Source of the DNA: Fusobacteriia bacterium UBA1095
GTDB lineage: Bacteria > Fusobacteriota > Fusobacteriia > Bac17 > UBA816
Length of the DNA: 64,000 nt
Assembly: GCA_002313635.1 (NCBI GenBank)
Contig: DCBY01000005.1
Span: 75,145 to 139,144 of the forward strand
Direction of reading: 5' to 3'
In this document: positions 19,076 through 29,800 of the stretch, one piece after another
Position numbering within the stretch: the stretch's first letter is position 1
Layout of the letters: the number at the start of each line of letters is the position of its first letter
Program-made: the position numbers and the translations under genes
Notes under the pieces: model-generated
Database searches by the model: none
What the model was told of the DNA's origin: nothing
The model's input: only the letters and a program-made list of their open reading frames with translations

Positions 19076-22000
19076 TTAGAAGAGCGTGCTTTGATTAAAG
19101 TCTTTTAAATCAAAAAGCTTTAACTCTTTAGCTTTATCACACATTGATTTTGAAATTTTGGTCCTTTTTTTCAAGTCTTCAAATGATCTAAATGGCTTTT
19201 CTCTTTCAGCTATTATACTATTAGCTGCAGATTCTCCCATACCTTTGAGGACAACAAATGGTGCTCTTATCTTTTCACCTTCCATAGCAAATTTTGTTGA
19301 ATCTGATTTGTAGAGATCTGTAGGAAGAATCTCTATTCCTCTTAAATTCATCTCTAGTAATATTTCCCAAACATAGAGTTCATTTTTTTCTTTAACATCT
19401 AGTCTAGATTTAGCATGATAACTTTCAACTATCTTCTTTATAGAACTTAAACTTTTGTTTTTAATAAATTCCTCTAGATCAAAGAAGTCTGATTTTCTAG
19501 TTAAATAAGAACAATAGAAAGCTTTAGGGTGATGAACTTTAAAGTAAGCAATTCTAACTGCCATCAACACATAAGCAGCTGCATGCCCTTTTGGAAACAT
19601 GTATGTTATTTTCCCACATGACTCTATGTACCATTCGGGTACAGAGTGTTCCCTCATAATTTTTTTATATTTTTCCCAATCATCTGCTCTTTTTAGTGGT
19701 AGACCTTTTCTAACAAATTCCATTATTTTAAAGGCAAGACTTTTTTCAATTTTTTTACTAATCAAATAAGTCATTATGTCATCTCTGACAGATATTACTT
19801 CTGAAATATTTGCTACTTTATCTCTTATCAAATTTTGTGCATTATTACTCCAAACATCTATTCCATGAGAAAGACCAGAAATTCTTACAAGGTCAGCAAA
19901 AGTAGTAGGTCTTACATCAGCTAACATCCTTCTAGCAAAAGGTGTTCCAAATTCTGGTATACCAAATGTACCTACCTCTGATCCTAAAATAGCTGCATCA
20001 ACACCTAAACTTTTGGTTGAATTGAATATGGCGATAGTATTAGGATCGTTTATAGGGACTTTAACTGGATCTATTTCCGTGTATTCCTTAAGGATTTTTA
20101 ATGTTGTTGGGTCATCATGACCTAAAATATCTAACTTAACTAACTGTTCATCCATAACATGGTAGTCAAAGTGTGTTGTCATAACCTCACTTCCCTGATC
20201 ATTAGCAGGTCGCTGTATTGGTGAAAATTCAAAAATTTTCTTATCTTTAGGAACTATTATCATACCACCCGGATGTTGACCTGTTGTTTTTCTAACATTT
20301 TCACATTTTGAAGCATATAGTTCTAAATGTGCAGAGCTTACAGGTATATTATTCTCTTCAAAATATTTTCTAGCATAGCCATAAGCATTTTTAGATGCAA
20401 GAGTTGATATAGTACCTGCCCTAAAAACATTCTCTTTTCCAAAAATTTCTTCTACGTATTTATGAACTTGAGATTGATACTCTCCTGAAAAGTTTAAATC
20501 AATATCTGGAACTTTGTCTCCTTTGAATCCCATAAATACTTCAAAAGGAATAGAATGCCCATCTCTGTGCATCTCAATACCACAACAGCTCTTTGAAGGA
20601 AGATCAACGCCACTTCCCAAAGGATGAGGGAATTCTATCTTTTTGCAGCTTTTGCATAGGTAATGTGGAGGTAAAGGATTAACCTCAGTTATGTTTGTAA
20701 GCCAAGCAACAAAGGATGATCCAACAGAACCTCGAGAACCAACCAAATATCCATCAGAAACGGATTTATTAACAAGCTTATGAGATATTAAGTATAGAAC
20801 TGAAAATCCATTATCAATTATTGATTTAAGCTCTTTTTCAATTCTATTCTTTACTAACTCAGGCAAATTATCACCGTATATGGCAAAGGCATTTTTATAT
20901 GTCATGTCTCTAACCATCTGTTCAGAGTTAGGAATTATAGGAGGATAGAAACCTTCTGGGACAGGAGAAAACGATTCAAAATTTTCTGCTAACTTTACTG
21001 TATTATTGATAACTGCCTCTTTTGGTTCTTTCATAAAAGAGAGATCTTCAATAAGTTGACTACTATCTCTGAAATACTGTTTTCTATCTCTTATCTTTTT
21101 GTTACTTGAATATAATAATGGCTTTACAAAATCAGATTCACTCTCTTTTAAGTACCTGGCATTGCTTGTAGCTATAATTGGTATGTCTAACTCCCTACCT
21201 ATAGTTTCCAAAAATAAAATCATATCTTTTACATCTTCTTCAATAAAACTTCTATCTAAAAGGTCTGAACATTTTATTGGAGATACTTCAATAAAGTCAT
21301 AAAATTTAGCACTATCCTTTATCTCTTCTTTGAGCCTACCTGAAGCAAAATAATCTACTAATTCTCCATTATTAAATGATGCACCTACAATTAAATTTTT
21401 TCTCTTGCTCTCTAAATAGCTCTTTGGTATTTTAGGAACTTTCCTAAAATTGTTTAAATGAGCTTCTGAAACAATTTCATAAAGATCTTGTAGCCCCTCT
21501 TTATTTTTAGCATAGATTAACACTTTTTTAGGAAAAGTAGCTTTAACATTTCTTTTTAACAGAGAGATGTCTTCCATCTTCAAAAGTTTGTCTATTACTT
21601 TAGCTGTTACTTCAGCATCTTCTAGTGCTCTGTGATGCCTGAAATCAAAACCAAAATGTTTTGCCAAATCTTTTAAACCATGTTTTTTATTATTTATTAA
21701 AATAGATCTTGATATGTCCAAACTATCAATATACTTATTACTGAAATTTAGTCCTAACTTTTTAGCATTTTGTTTCATATGCCCCATGTCAAATTCGGCA
21801 TTATGAGCTATTAAAGTATAGCCTTCTATGAATTTCATAAATTTTGGTAGAACAATGTCTATTGTATCCGCATCTTTTACCATATCATCCGTTATTCCAA
21901 CAACATCAATACAGTCTTGAGGTATTGTTTTTTCCGGATTAACAAAGCTACTAAACTTATCTACCACCTTTCCATCTTTTACTTTGACAGCACCTATCTC

Positions 22001-23143
22001 TATTATCTTTTCACGTATAACATTGAATCCTGTAGTCTCAATGTCAAAAACAATATAATCTTTACCATCAAAATTTTTAGCAATTAAAGAATCATCAACA
22101 ATAAATCCTTCCATACCATAAATCACTTTAAAATCACCTATTTTAGATGCCTTTTTGTATGCTTCAGGAAAACCATAAACTACTCCGCTATCAGTTATTG
22201 CAACAGTGTCATATCCAAATTTAGAAGCCTTCTCAATAGCTTTGTCTACGTCTATAATAGACTCCATCTCACTCATCTTAGTGTGCATGTTAAATTCAAC
22301 TCTTTTTTCTTTCACTTCTAATTTATCTTCTACTTCTATTCTAATTATGTCTTTAGCTAAAAAACAAAAACCATCTTTATTAAAATTGTCTATCTCTTTT
22401 TTGGCTCTGACTTTCACATAAATATTATTTTGTAACTCTACTTTTGATTTAGAAAAAAACTTAAAAGGAAAAGAGTCTTTACTGCAATCTAGATTAAAAG
22501 AGACTATATTAATATTGGGTCTTTTTATGATATTAAGATTAAAAATTCTACCTTCTATAACAGCAGAATCAGCTATATCCAATGATTTTATTTTATCTAC
22601 TTCAAGAGCCTTTGTTCTAAAAGACTTTCCTAATAAAATTTTATTTGCATTTTTTTTAGCGGCCTCTTTTTCAGTAGGTATATAGTGTTTAGGTTCAACA
22701 AATTTGAAAGTATCTTCTTTCAAAATCAACTCTTTATTAATACTAAAATCTTTTAACACATTGTTAAGAGAGCTTAAAACAATTTTGCTATTCTCTATAG
22801 CTATGGACTCAACACCTAACTCTATTTTTTCATTAATATTAAGATTGTAGTTGGACAGAAATATAGTATTTTGAGGATAAATTATTTTGGAAACAGATAT
22901 AGCAAGATGAATACTTTTTTCTTCATCTAATAGAGAAGAAAAAGAGTACTTAATGCTACTTCCAAACCTTTTACCTAGACATATAGAAAGTTGTTCAAAC
23001 TCTTCATTTATATCTGAAGACATAGCTTTTACATGGACATTAACAGATTCTTTTTCCATATCTATCTCTATGATAGGGTCTATTTTTTCAAATTTAAAGC
23101 TGGCCAAATATTTTGAATTTTTATCTAATTTTACTCTACTCAT
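19076..23143 (-). CDS. polC: PolC-type DNA polymerase III alpha subunit with integral 3'-5' exonuclease
   Basis: The 1355-aa protein has DEDDh exonuclease motifs (FDIETTGF, HNAEFDMGHM), a PHP domain and a polymerase core in PolC order. Confidence 0.9.
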   Translation of the reverse strand: MSRVKLDKNSKYLASFKFEKIDPIIEIDMEKESVNVHVKAMSSDINEEFEQLSICLGKRFGSSIKYSFSSLLDEEKSIHLAISVSKIIYPQNTIFLSNYNLNINEKIELGVESIAIENSKIVLSSLNNVLKDFSINKELILKEDTFKFVEPKHYIPTEKEAAKKNANKILLGKSFRTKALEVDKIKSLDIADSAVIEGRIFNLNIIKRPNINIVSFNLDCSKDSFPFKFFSKSKVELQNNIYVKVRAKKEIDNFNKDGFCFLAKDIIRIEVEDKLEVKEKRVEFNMHTKMSEMESIIDVDKAIEKASKFGYDTVAITDSGVVYGFPEAYKKASKIGDFKVIYGMEGFIVDDSLIAKNFDGKDYIVFDIETTGFNVIREKIIEIGAVKVKDGKVVDKFSSFVNPEKTIPQDCIDVVGITDDMVKDADTIDIVLPKFMKFIEGYTLIAHNAEFDMGHMKQNAKKLGLNFSNKYIDSLDISRSILINNKKHGLKDLAKHFGFDFRHHRALEDAEVTAKVIDKLLKMEDISLLKRNVKATFPKKVLIYAKNKEGLQDLYEIVSEAHLNNFRKVPKIPKSYLESKRKNLIVGASFNNGELVDYFASGRLKEEIKDSAKFYDFIEVSPIKCSDLLDRSFIEEDVKDMILFLETIGRELDIPIIATSNARYLKESESDFVKPLLYSSNKKIRDRKQYFRDSSQLIEDLSFMKEPKEAVINNTVKLAENFESFSPVPEGFYPPIIPNSEQMVRDMTYKNAFAIYGDNLPELVKNRIEKELKSIIDNGFSVLYLISHKLVNKSVSDGYLVGSRGSVGSSFVAWLTNITEVNPLPPHYLCKSCKKIEFPHPLGSGVDLPSKSCCGIEMHRDGHSIPFEVFMGFKGDKVPDIDLNFSGEYQSQVHKYVEEIFGKENVFRAGTISTLASKNAYGYARKYFEENNIPVSSAHLELYASKCENVRKTTGQHPGGMIIVPKDKKIFEFSPIQRPANDQGSEVMTTHFDYHVMDEQLVKLDILGHDDPTTLKILKEYTEIDPVKVPINDPNTIAIFNSTKSLGVDAAILGSEVGTFGIPEFGTPFARRMLADVRPTTFADLVRISGLSHGIDVWSNNAQNLIRDKVANISEVISVRDDIMTYLISKKIEKSLAFKIMEFVRKGLPLKRADDWEKYKKIMREHSVPEWYIESCGKITYMFPKGHAAAYVLMAVRIAYFKVHHPKAFYCSYLTRKSDFFDLEEFIKNKSLSSIKKIVESYHAKSRLDVKEKNELYVWEILLEMNLRGIEILPTDLYKSDSTKFAMEGEKIRAPFVVLKGMGESAANSIIAEREKPFRSFEDLKKRTKISKSMCDKAKELKLFDLKDFNQSTLF

Positions 23144-23174
23144 CTCAATTTATTATATCATTCATACAGAGTAA

Positions 23175-23888
23175 TTAAAGAATATCTTTTACAATATTTT
23201 TTATAAACTGTTTATCTTCTTTTGGAAGTTTTGATATTAAATCAGGTCTCTTAATAAGTGTTCTTAGTAATGAATCTCTTTTTCTATATTGATTAATCAT
23301 TGAATGATTCCCTGAAGTTAATACTGATGGAACCTTTAAATTGTCTATTGTTTCAGGCCTAGTGTACACTCCAAAATCAAGTTTTCCTGCTTCAAAAGAT
23401 TCTATCTCTGCGGACTCTTTTTTTATAAATTGAGGAATAAACCTAATTATAGAATCAAGAATTACCATAGTAGGTAGTTCACCACCAGACACCACATAAT
23501 CCCCTATTGATACTTCAAGGTCAACATATTTTTCAACAACTCTTTCATCTATTCCTTCATAGTGTCCACATATAAATGTAAGTTCATTTTTTGAAGATAG
23601 TTCTTTAGCAATTTCGTTATTTAATTTAACACCTTGTGGTGAGGGAAAAATGATATTTTTTGCCCCACTCTTTTTGAAGAAATCAAAAAAAGATTCAGGT
23701 TTCAAAACCATACCTACTCCACCACCAAATCCATAATCATCTACAGATTTATGTTTGTTATTGCTAAAATCTCTTAAATTCACGATATTTAAGTCAATAA
23801 TGTTATTTTCCAGTGCTCTTTGAAAAATTCTGTTATTAGTAAATGAATTTATTAATTGTGGAAATATTGTAACAATTGTTATCTTCAA
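23175..23888 (-). CDS. trmD: tRNA (guanine37-N1)-methyltransferase
   Basis: The 237-aa protein has a TrmD SPOUT fold (MKITIVTIFP...GHYEGIDERV...). It overlaps rimM by 4 nt. Confidence 0.9.
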   Translation of the reverse strand: MKITIVTIFPQLINSFTNNRIFQRALENNIIDLNIVNLRDFSNNKHKSVDDYGFGGGVGMVLKPESFFDFFKKSGAKNIIFPSPQGVKLNNEIAKELSSKNELTFICGHYEGIDERVVEKYVDLEVSIGDYVVSGGELPTMVILDSIIRFIPQFIKKESAEIESFEAGKLDFGVYTRPETIDNLKVPSVLTSGNHSMINQYRKRDSLLRTLIKRPDLISKLPKEDKQFIKNIVKDIL

Positions 23889-24367
23889 AATTGGTCCTCC
23901 GAAACCTTTAAAGATATTGATTTTCTACCTCTATCATAACTTTCAACAAATTTGTCTATCATAGGTATATTATATTCCCTATCACCTTTTACATTCAAAA
24001 GTAGATAAGATTTAAAATCACTAACACTCTCTATTGTACCAATTTTTTTGTCTTTAAAATACACTGCTGTATCTATTAACTCAGAGGTAAGAGCATAATC
24101 AAACATATCTAAATCTTTTTTCAAGACAAACATTTTATGATTAGTTAGTCGTTTTGCTTCACCAATGCTTTTTACTTCAGTAAACTCTATTTTTCTGTTT
24201 TTGATACTCTCTACAGTAAAAAGAGTATATGAATCAATATCTATAACTACTTTATTACCTTCAATAGGAGAAAGATCATCACTGGATGTAAATTTCAGCT
24301 TACCTTTTATTCCTTTTGTTGCACCTAAAGTTGCAACATATATTAGTTCATCTTCTAAAATAATCAT
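23885..24367 (-). CDS. rimM: Ribosome maturation factor RimM
   Basis: The 160-aa protein has RimM N-terminal and PRC-barrel-like organisation. It sits in the classical position upstream of trmD. Confidence 0.7.
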   Translation of the reverse strand: MIILEDELIYVATLGATKGIKGKLKFTSSDDLSPIEGNKVVIDIDSYTLFTVESIKNRKIEFTEVKSIGEAKRLTNHKMFVLKKDLDMFDYALTSELIDTAVYFKDKKIGTIESVSDFKSYLLLNVKGDREYNIPMIDKFVESYDRGRKSISLKVSEDQF

Positions 24368-25125
24368 TTAATCTTATCCTTAAGAATTTCGCCTAACATC
24401 TCTATATCATTTATGCTCAAATCTTCAGCTCTTAATTTAGGATTTAATTTTAAGCTTCTAAATATGTTTTCAAGATCTTTTTTAGAAGCTAAGCAAGAAA
24501 GATTATTTATAACTTGCTTTCTTTTATTAGCAAACATTAATTTGACCATATTTACTATTTTATCATCACGCTTTTTATTATTAAAGTAGAGAGAGATAAA
24601 AGCTGAATCAACATCTGGTACGGGATAAAAAGAGTTTCTAGATACATAAAATCCTATTTTAGGGTTAGCAAACATCTGTACTATGACAGAAAAAAGACTT
24701 CTATTTTTATCGCCAGGTTTAGCTACTATTCTCTGAGCTACTTCTTTCTGAATAATCATGTGAGCTTCAGTTATAATATCTCTATTACTTAAAAGTTTTT
24801 CAATTATTGGACCAGTTATATTGTAAGGTATATTAGATACAAATTTGGCTCTGGTTATATATTTAGATATATCCCATTTCAAAAAATCTTCATTAAAAAT
24901 CTCTACATCATGAAATTTATTTTGTAATTCTTCTATTAATCTTTCATCTTTTTCAACTAGGACAACCTTTTGAGCTTTGTTAACTAAGAATTTAGTAAGA
25001 GCACCTTTTCCAGGACCCATTTCAAGAATTTCACAGCCATCAACATTGGCTATTCGGACAGCTTTCTCAATTATAGAATCATTACGTAAAAAATTTTGTC
25101 CTAGACTCTTCTTAAAATGAAACAA
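24364..25125 (-). CDS. rsmA: 16S rRNA (adenine1518/1519-N6)-dimethyltransferase RsmA/KsgA
   Basis: 253 aa; motifs GQNFL, EMGPGKGALT, NIPYNI. Confidence 0.85.
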   Translation of the reverse strand: MFHFKKSLGQNFLRNDSIIEKAVRIANVDGCEILEMGPGKGALTKFLVNKAQKVVLVEKDERLIEELQNKFHDVEIFNEDFLKWDISKYITRAKFVSNIPYNITGPIIEKLLSNRDIITEAHMIIQKEVAQRIVAKPGDKNRSLFSVIVQMFANPKIGFYVSRNSFYPVPDVDSAFISLYFNNKKRDDKIVNMVKLMFANKRKQVINNLSCLASKKDLENIFRSLKLNPKLRAEDLSINDIEMLGEILKDKIK

Positions 25126-25138
25126 TAGACTCTCCTAG

Positions 25139-25168
25139 CAAAAAAGAGTGCCTAAGCACTCTCTTTTT
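25139..25168 (-). terminator. Rho-independent (bidirectional-looking) terminator after the helical lipoprotein gene
   Basis: A GAGTGC/GCACTC stem with a 4-nt loop is flanked by an A-run and a T-run (aaaaaGAGTGCctaaGCACTCtctttttt). Confidence 0.55.
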
Positions 25169-25188
25169 TATATGACAACTAACTCCCC

Positions 25189-26679
25189 TTATTTTTTGTA
25201 CTCACTTTCATAGTTAGAGCTTAAGAAACTTCTCAGGGACCCAACTAATTTCCGCATAATATCTCTTGCAGTATTCACTTTTTCCTCATCATCAAGATCT
25301 TTAAATCTATCATCGGAGCTGAATTTCTTAGGAACGTCATTAACTGCTTCATCTAAATCTTCACTCAGATCAACACCAAGCTTACTAAACCCTTTAACTG
25401 CTTCTGAAAGTTCTTTAACAGCTTTTAGCTTACCAAAGATTTTTTTATATTCTTCAGAAGTATCATACTCTTCATCATCGCTGTTTTCCAAAATATTGAT
25501 ACCTTGATCACAAGAGGCTAAAATAGCTTTAGCATGTCTGTAATCGTCTACCAAAGCATCAGCGGCATCATTTATATCCATCTTTTCAAATGGAGCAGAA
25601 CCTAAAGAGCTAGTTGCTACTTTTAGTCCTAAGCTTTTAGCTGTCTCTCTAAACGCTTCTATCACATCAGATGGTGAAGATTTAGAGGTTATGGACTCAG
25701 TTGATTCAAGTATGAAACTGAAATCATCTCTTCCATCTTTAACAGCTTTCTTTCTAGCATCTAGTAGAGCGGTTTTGATGATTTTAGCTCTCTTTTTTTC
25801 ATCTCTTTCGAATAAAGCAGATTCATCAGCTTCTGATACTAATGTAACTAAGACTTGCTTTAGATCTTCCTTGTTTCCTTTGTAGTCTGTTCTTAAGCTG
25901 TCTAAGCCCTCGTTTCTACATATATTATTAAATGCTTCTACGTAGACCTGTTTTCTACTTATCTTTGGTATGAATATCTCTGAGTCTTCTTCATCTCTTT
26001 CAGCTAATCCAAACTCTAACGCTCTTCTTGCTTCTTTTACTGAATTTCTACTAAAAATAGAATCTTCTTTGACTACCTTATTGAACAACTCTTTTAATGA
26101 AGAGGTTGTTGAACCAAAAATTCTGAAAGAAGGTCTTGCCAATCGCAAAATAGACTCTATTTGTAGCCTTTTTTCACTCTGTTCTGCCAATTTTAAGTCA
26201 TTTAATATTTTTGAAGCACTTTCTGAATTTGGATTATCACTAGCTATCTCTTCTATTGCTTCCTTAAATTCTTGGTAGAAATCTGCCATAGCACTCTTAA
26301 TAACTCTCTTACCACGGCTACCTAAAGTTTTAGCAAGTCCCATTAGTTTTTCAAATTTTTCTAAAGCTGTTCTTATAACACCCTCTTTTATTTTATCCTT
26401 ATACTTAATCAAAGAGGCTAATTTAGCTGTCTCTTCATTCGTAATTGCACCATCTCCATCAACAACATTTAGGACTTCTTTGAAAGTAGCCCCCAACCTT
26501 TTCATCTCTGCAGTCCTATTAACCGATCCCTTGCCTCCTGATGGATTTAAATTAGGGTCATTAATAAGGGAACCAGGCCTAGAGGCTCTGCTCTCGTCAT
26601 CACCTTTACCAGATCTGGAACAGCTGTATGCTGTTAAAGCAAGTAAAATAACTGTTCTTTTACTTAAGTTTTTGTACAT
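25189..26679 (-). CDS. Large alpha-helical K/E-rich lipoprotein of unknown function
   Basis: The 496-aa protein has the signal MYKNLSKRTVILLALTAYSC (lipobox) and no recognisable catalytic motifs. The gene is flanked by a terminator. Confidence 0.55.
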   Translation of the reverse strand: MYKNLSKRTVILLALTAYSCSRSGKGDDESRASRPGSLINDPNLNPSGGKGSVNRTAEMKRLGATFKEVLNVVDGDGAITNEETAKLASLIKYKDKIKEGVIRTALEKFEKLMGLAKTLGSRGKRVIKSAMADFYQEFKEAIEEIASDNPNSESASKILNDLKLAEQSEKRLQIESILRLARPSFRIFGSTTSSLKELFNKVVKEDSIFSRNSVKEARRALEFGLAERDEEDSEIFIPKISRKQVYVEAFNNICRNEGLDSLRTDYKGNKEDLKQVLVTLVSEADESALFERDEKKRAKIIKTALLDARKKAVKDGRDDFSFILESTESITSKSSPSDVIEAFRETAKSLGLKVATSSLGSAPFEKMDINDAADALVDDYRHAKAILASCDQGINILENSDDEEYDTSEEYKKIFGKLKAVKELSEAVKGFSKLGVDLSEDLDEAVNDVPKKFSSDDRFKDLDDEEKVNTARDIMRKLVGSLRSFLSSNYESEYKK

Positions 26680-26823
26680 TCTATCCCTCCTACCTGTAAT
26701 TATTAGAGATCTTGAAAATCTTTATTACAGTTTTAACAGCATAATTCTAACTTCAAAAATATAAAAAGTCAAAAAAACTTTTCCTCTTGCATTGCAAATA
26801 TCAAGCTTTTATAAAATTTATTT

Positions 26824-29800
26824 TTAATTTTTTTCAAAACATATCTTATGAACTATGTAACTTATTGCAAAGCTCAATGCAATAAATCCTAAGTATAGGT
26901 TTATCTCTGTCAATTTAGAAATTTCTGAAAAAATAACAAACATTCCAGCGCCTAATATACAAGATGAAGGATCATTTTTAAAACCCATATGGTAGGAAAT
27001 ATATGCAGCTAGAAATGTGATAAATGACATTACTATATAAACAGATAAAGCCTGATTAAAAGGGTTAATAAAAGAGCCAAATGCTGCAAAAAGTAATATA
27101 GTTATAAAAGCATTGTTAAAATATCTAGCAACATAAACTGTTGAAATAAGTAGTGACGAATAAACTAAAAAGGAAAGAAATCCTAACGAAAACAGATTAA
27201 CAAATGGCAAACAACCAGTAAAGATTGAATAGTCATAGTATCCAAGCATAGTATTTATCAAATTATATGACCAAAGTAAAATTGAAGAAAAGGTCAGAGC
27301 AGGAAGTAATTTTTTAGTTATATTAACTTCCACACTTAAATTTAATGATCTGAAAATAACATAAAAAAGTAATGAAGTTATAAAAACAACAAGAGAAAAG
27401 ATAGCTATCACAGCCATCAATGTAGCTATTTTGGAATAGATACTTTCGTAAAGAGGAATCAAAGTTAGAGAAAATTGATTAAATTGAGACAATAAAAATG
27501 CAATAAAAGCTAATATGCTATATTTTACACCCTCTCTTATAAAACTTGAATTAAAATTAAATATACCAAAAGCAATAAACAAAATTACAACCAATGAGAC
27601 AACAAGAGTTGATACACTTTTAATTAAATCAATATAATTCCAATTTTTGTTAGTTAACTTCAAAGAACGTTCACTAAAGTACAGGTGCTTATCTAAGGTG
27701 ACTACTCTGTCTCCTGCAATTAGAACTTTTATCCTTATGTTCTCAGTAACTTCAAAGACAATATCCCAATCTGTCCTTTTAGGTCTAGAAATTAATTTCA
27801 CACCTATTTCTTTTAAATTATCCTGATTATAAAAAGATTTTATCTCTTTTTTTGCTACATCAACTGCTTCTTCTTTAGACAAAGATGGCATCTCAATTGA
27901 CTCATCAAAATGACTTTCATAGCCTATAATACTGCCATCTGTCTTTAACTTAACAATGTGTGAAATCATATTTTTTCTATCTTTTGATGAAGCATAAGCT
28001 ACATTTCCTATTAACCCTTCATTTTGAGCATTTTCGTAACTAATATTGCTATCTCCATCCAAAAGAGCCTCAGTCAATCTGTCACACCTCTTTTCAAAAT
28101 TAACAAACAGGTTCTCAGTGTAAAAATCTTTTTCTGCTAAAAACTCTCTTGCACTACACTTTATTAAATCTTTATCTATCTTTGGGTTAGATTTGATATT
28201 ATAGAACAATAAAACTGAAAATACCAAAATAACAAAGGATGATACATTTTTACCAGCATTTGGGTTGAAGCTAATAGGACTTATTTTACAATTTTCACTC
28301 TCTGCATCTCTGTTTAAAATTACCTCTGGAGTAACATTTAATGCATATCTAAACAAAACATGTATAAAAATAGGAAAAAGACCTATTATACCTAATATTG
28401 CGACATTTAAATAGCCAAAATAGTTTATATTCTCAACTACAGGGTAACAAAAAAGTATAAAATCAAAGAAAAAATGAGAAATAGCACCAACAAACAGACC
28501 GTACATCCAGTAAGACAATCCAAATATTAATAAAGAAGGCAAAAATAATTCTACAACTCTAAAATAGAAAGGTATGGAAGCGTAATTGGCATGAGCTGCT
28601 CCGAAACCCACAGCTTGAGCAATAATCCCTAAATATAGAGCTATCTTCCCATATCTTTTAGAAAGGATATAAGCTATAGCTATTACGATACCTCTAAAGA
28701 AAAATTCTTCTAAAAAACCTGCTTGTAAAGAGATGATAGAACTGGTTGTAAAAGGAAAGTACTCATTAAAAGAGTTGAAAGGAAGATTAATACCTGGATT
28801 CCATCCTATCTTACTTGCAAGTAGATAAAAGGAGGCAGCAACTAGAATATTTATGGATCCTATCCAGTATCCCTTTAAAACCATAACAAGATAATTTTTA
28901 GAAGCTAGAAATTTTTTACTAAACAACTGTCTAAAATTTACATGGTTAGGGAAAGCTTTTTCATCTAATGCTATAGCTGCAGCTATTAAAATACCAAAAA
29001 AGCCTAAATACACTAAATTAGAAGAGATGCTACGAACTAACTGTTGCAGATAGAAAGTCATCAATGATGACGAAGTTGAATAAAAATTAAATACAATATT
29101 TTTCAAATTACTTATACTCATCAATATATATCCAATTAGGAAAATCGAAAGGACCTTAACTGTAAACAATAAGGATATTTTTTTCTTACTTAAATAGTAA
29201 ATGAACACCACTATAGCTATTAGTGAAACTATTATATGAAATATATAGCCTAGAGAAAATGTAATAATATTTTTAGTTCTTATATCAGAGTATTCCTTAG
29301 AAAACATTTTTGGAATTTTTATTAATGGCATTACAGATACAACCTTATCACCTATAACCTTAACTGAATATCTATGCTTAGCTTCTCCTAAGCTAAAATC
29401 ACTCTCATAAACAAAATTATAAACTGTATGATGTAACTTCTTCTCTTTACTGTTCTCTACTTCCTTATAAATTCCTTTTTTGTACCAATCTTGAAAATAT
29501 AGATCTGCGATGGATCTTGATTTTGATTCACCTAAATCTTCTGCTTCAAAGTCATCTGGAATTTTAATAGAAAACCCAATCTTATTAGCATCCATATCTA
29601 AAATCAAATTTAATTCTTTAAGATCATCCTCTTTAAAAAATCTAAACTGCCAACTAGAAGGATATATACTGTATTTTCCAATATTTTCATTGATACTTTC
29701 AACACCATTCAATTTAAGTCTAGTATATTCAACATAATAATCATCTGTATTTACAACATAATCAAAATTATAATTATCAAACCCAAATTCTTTAGAATAT

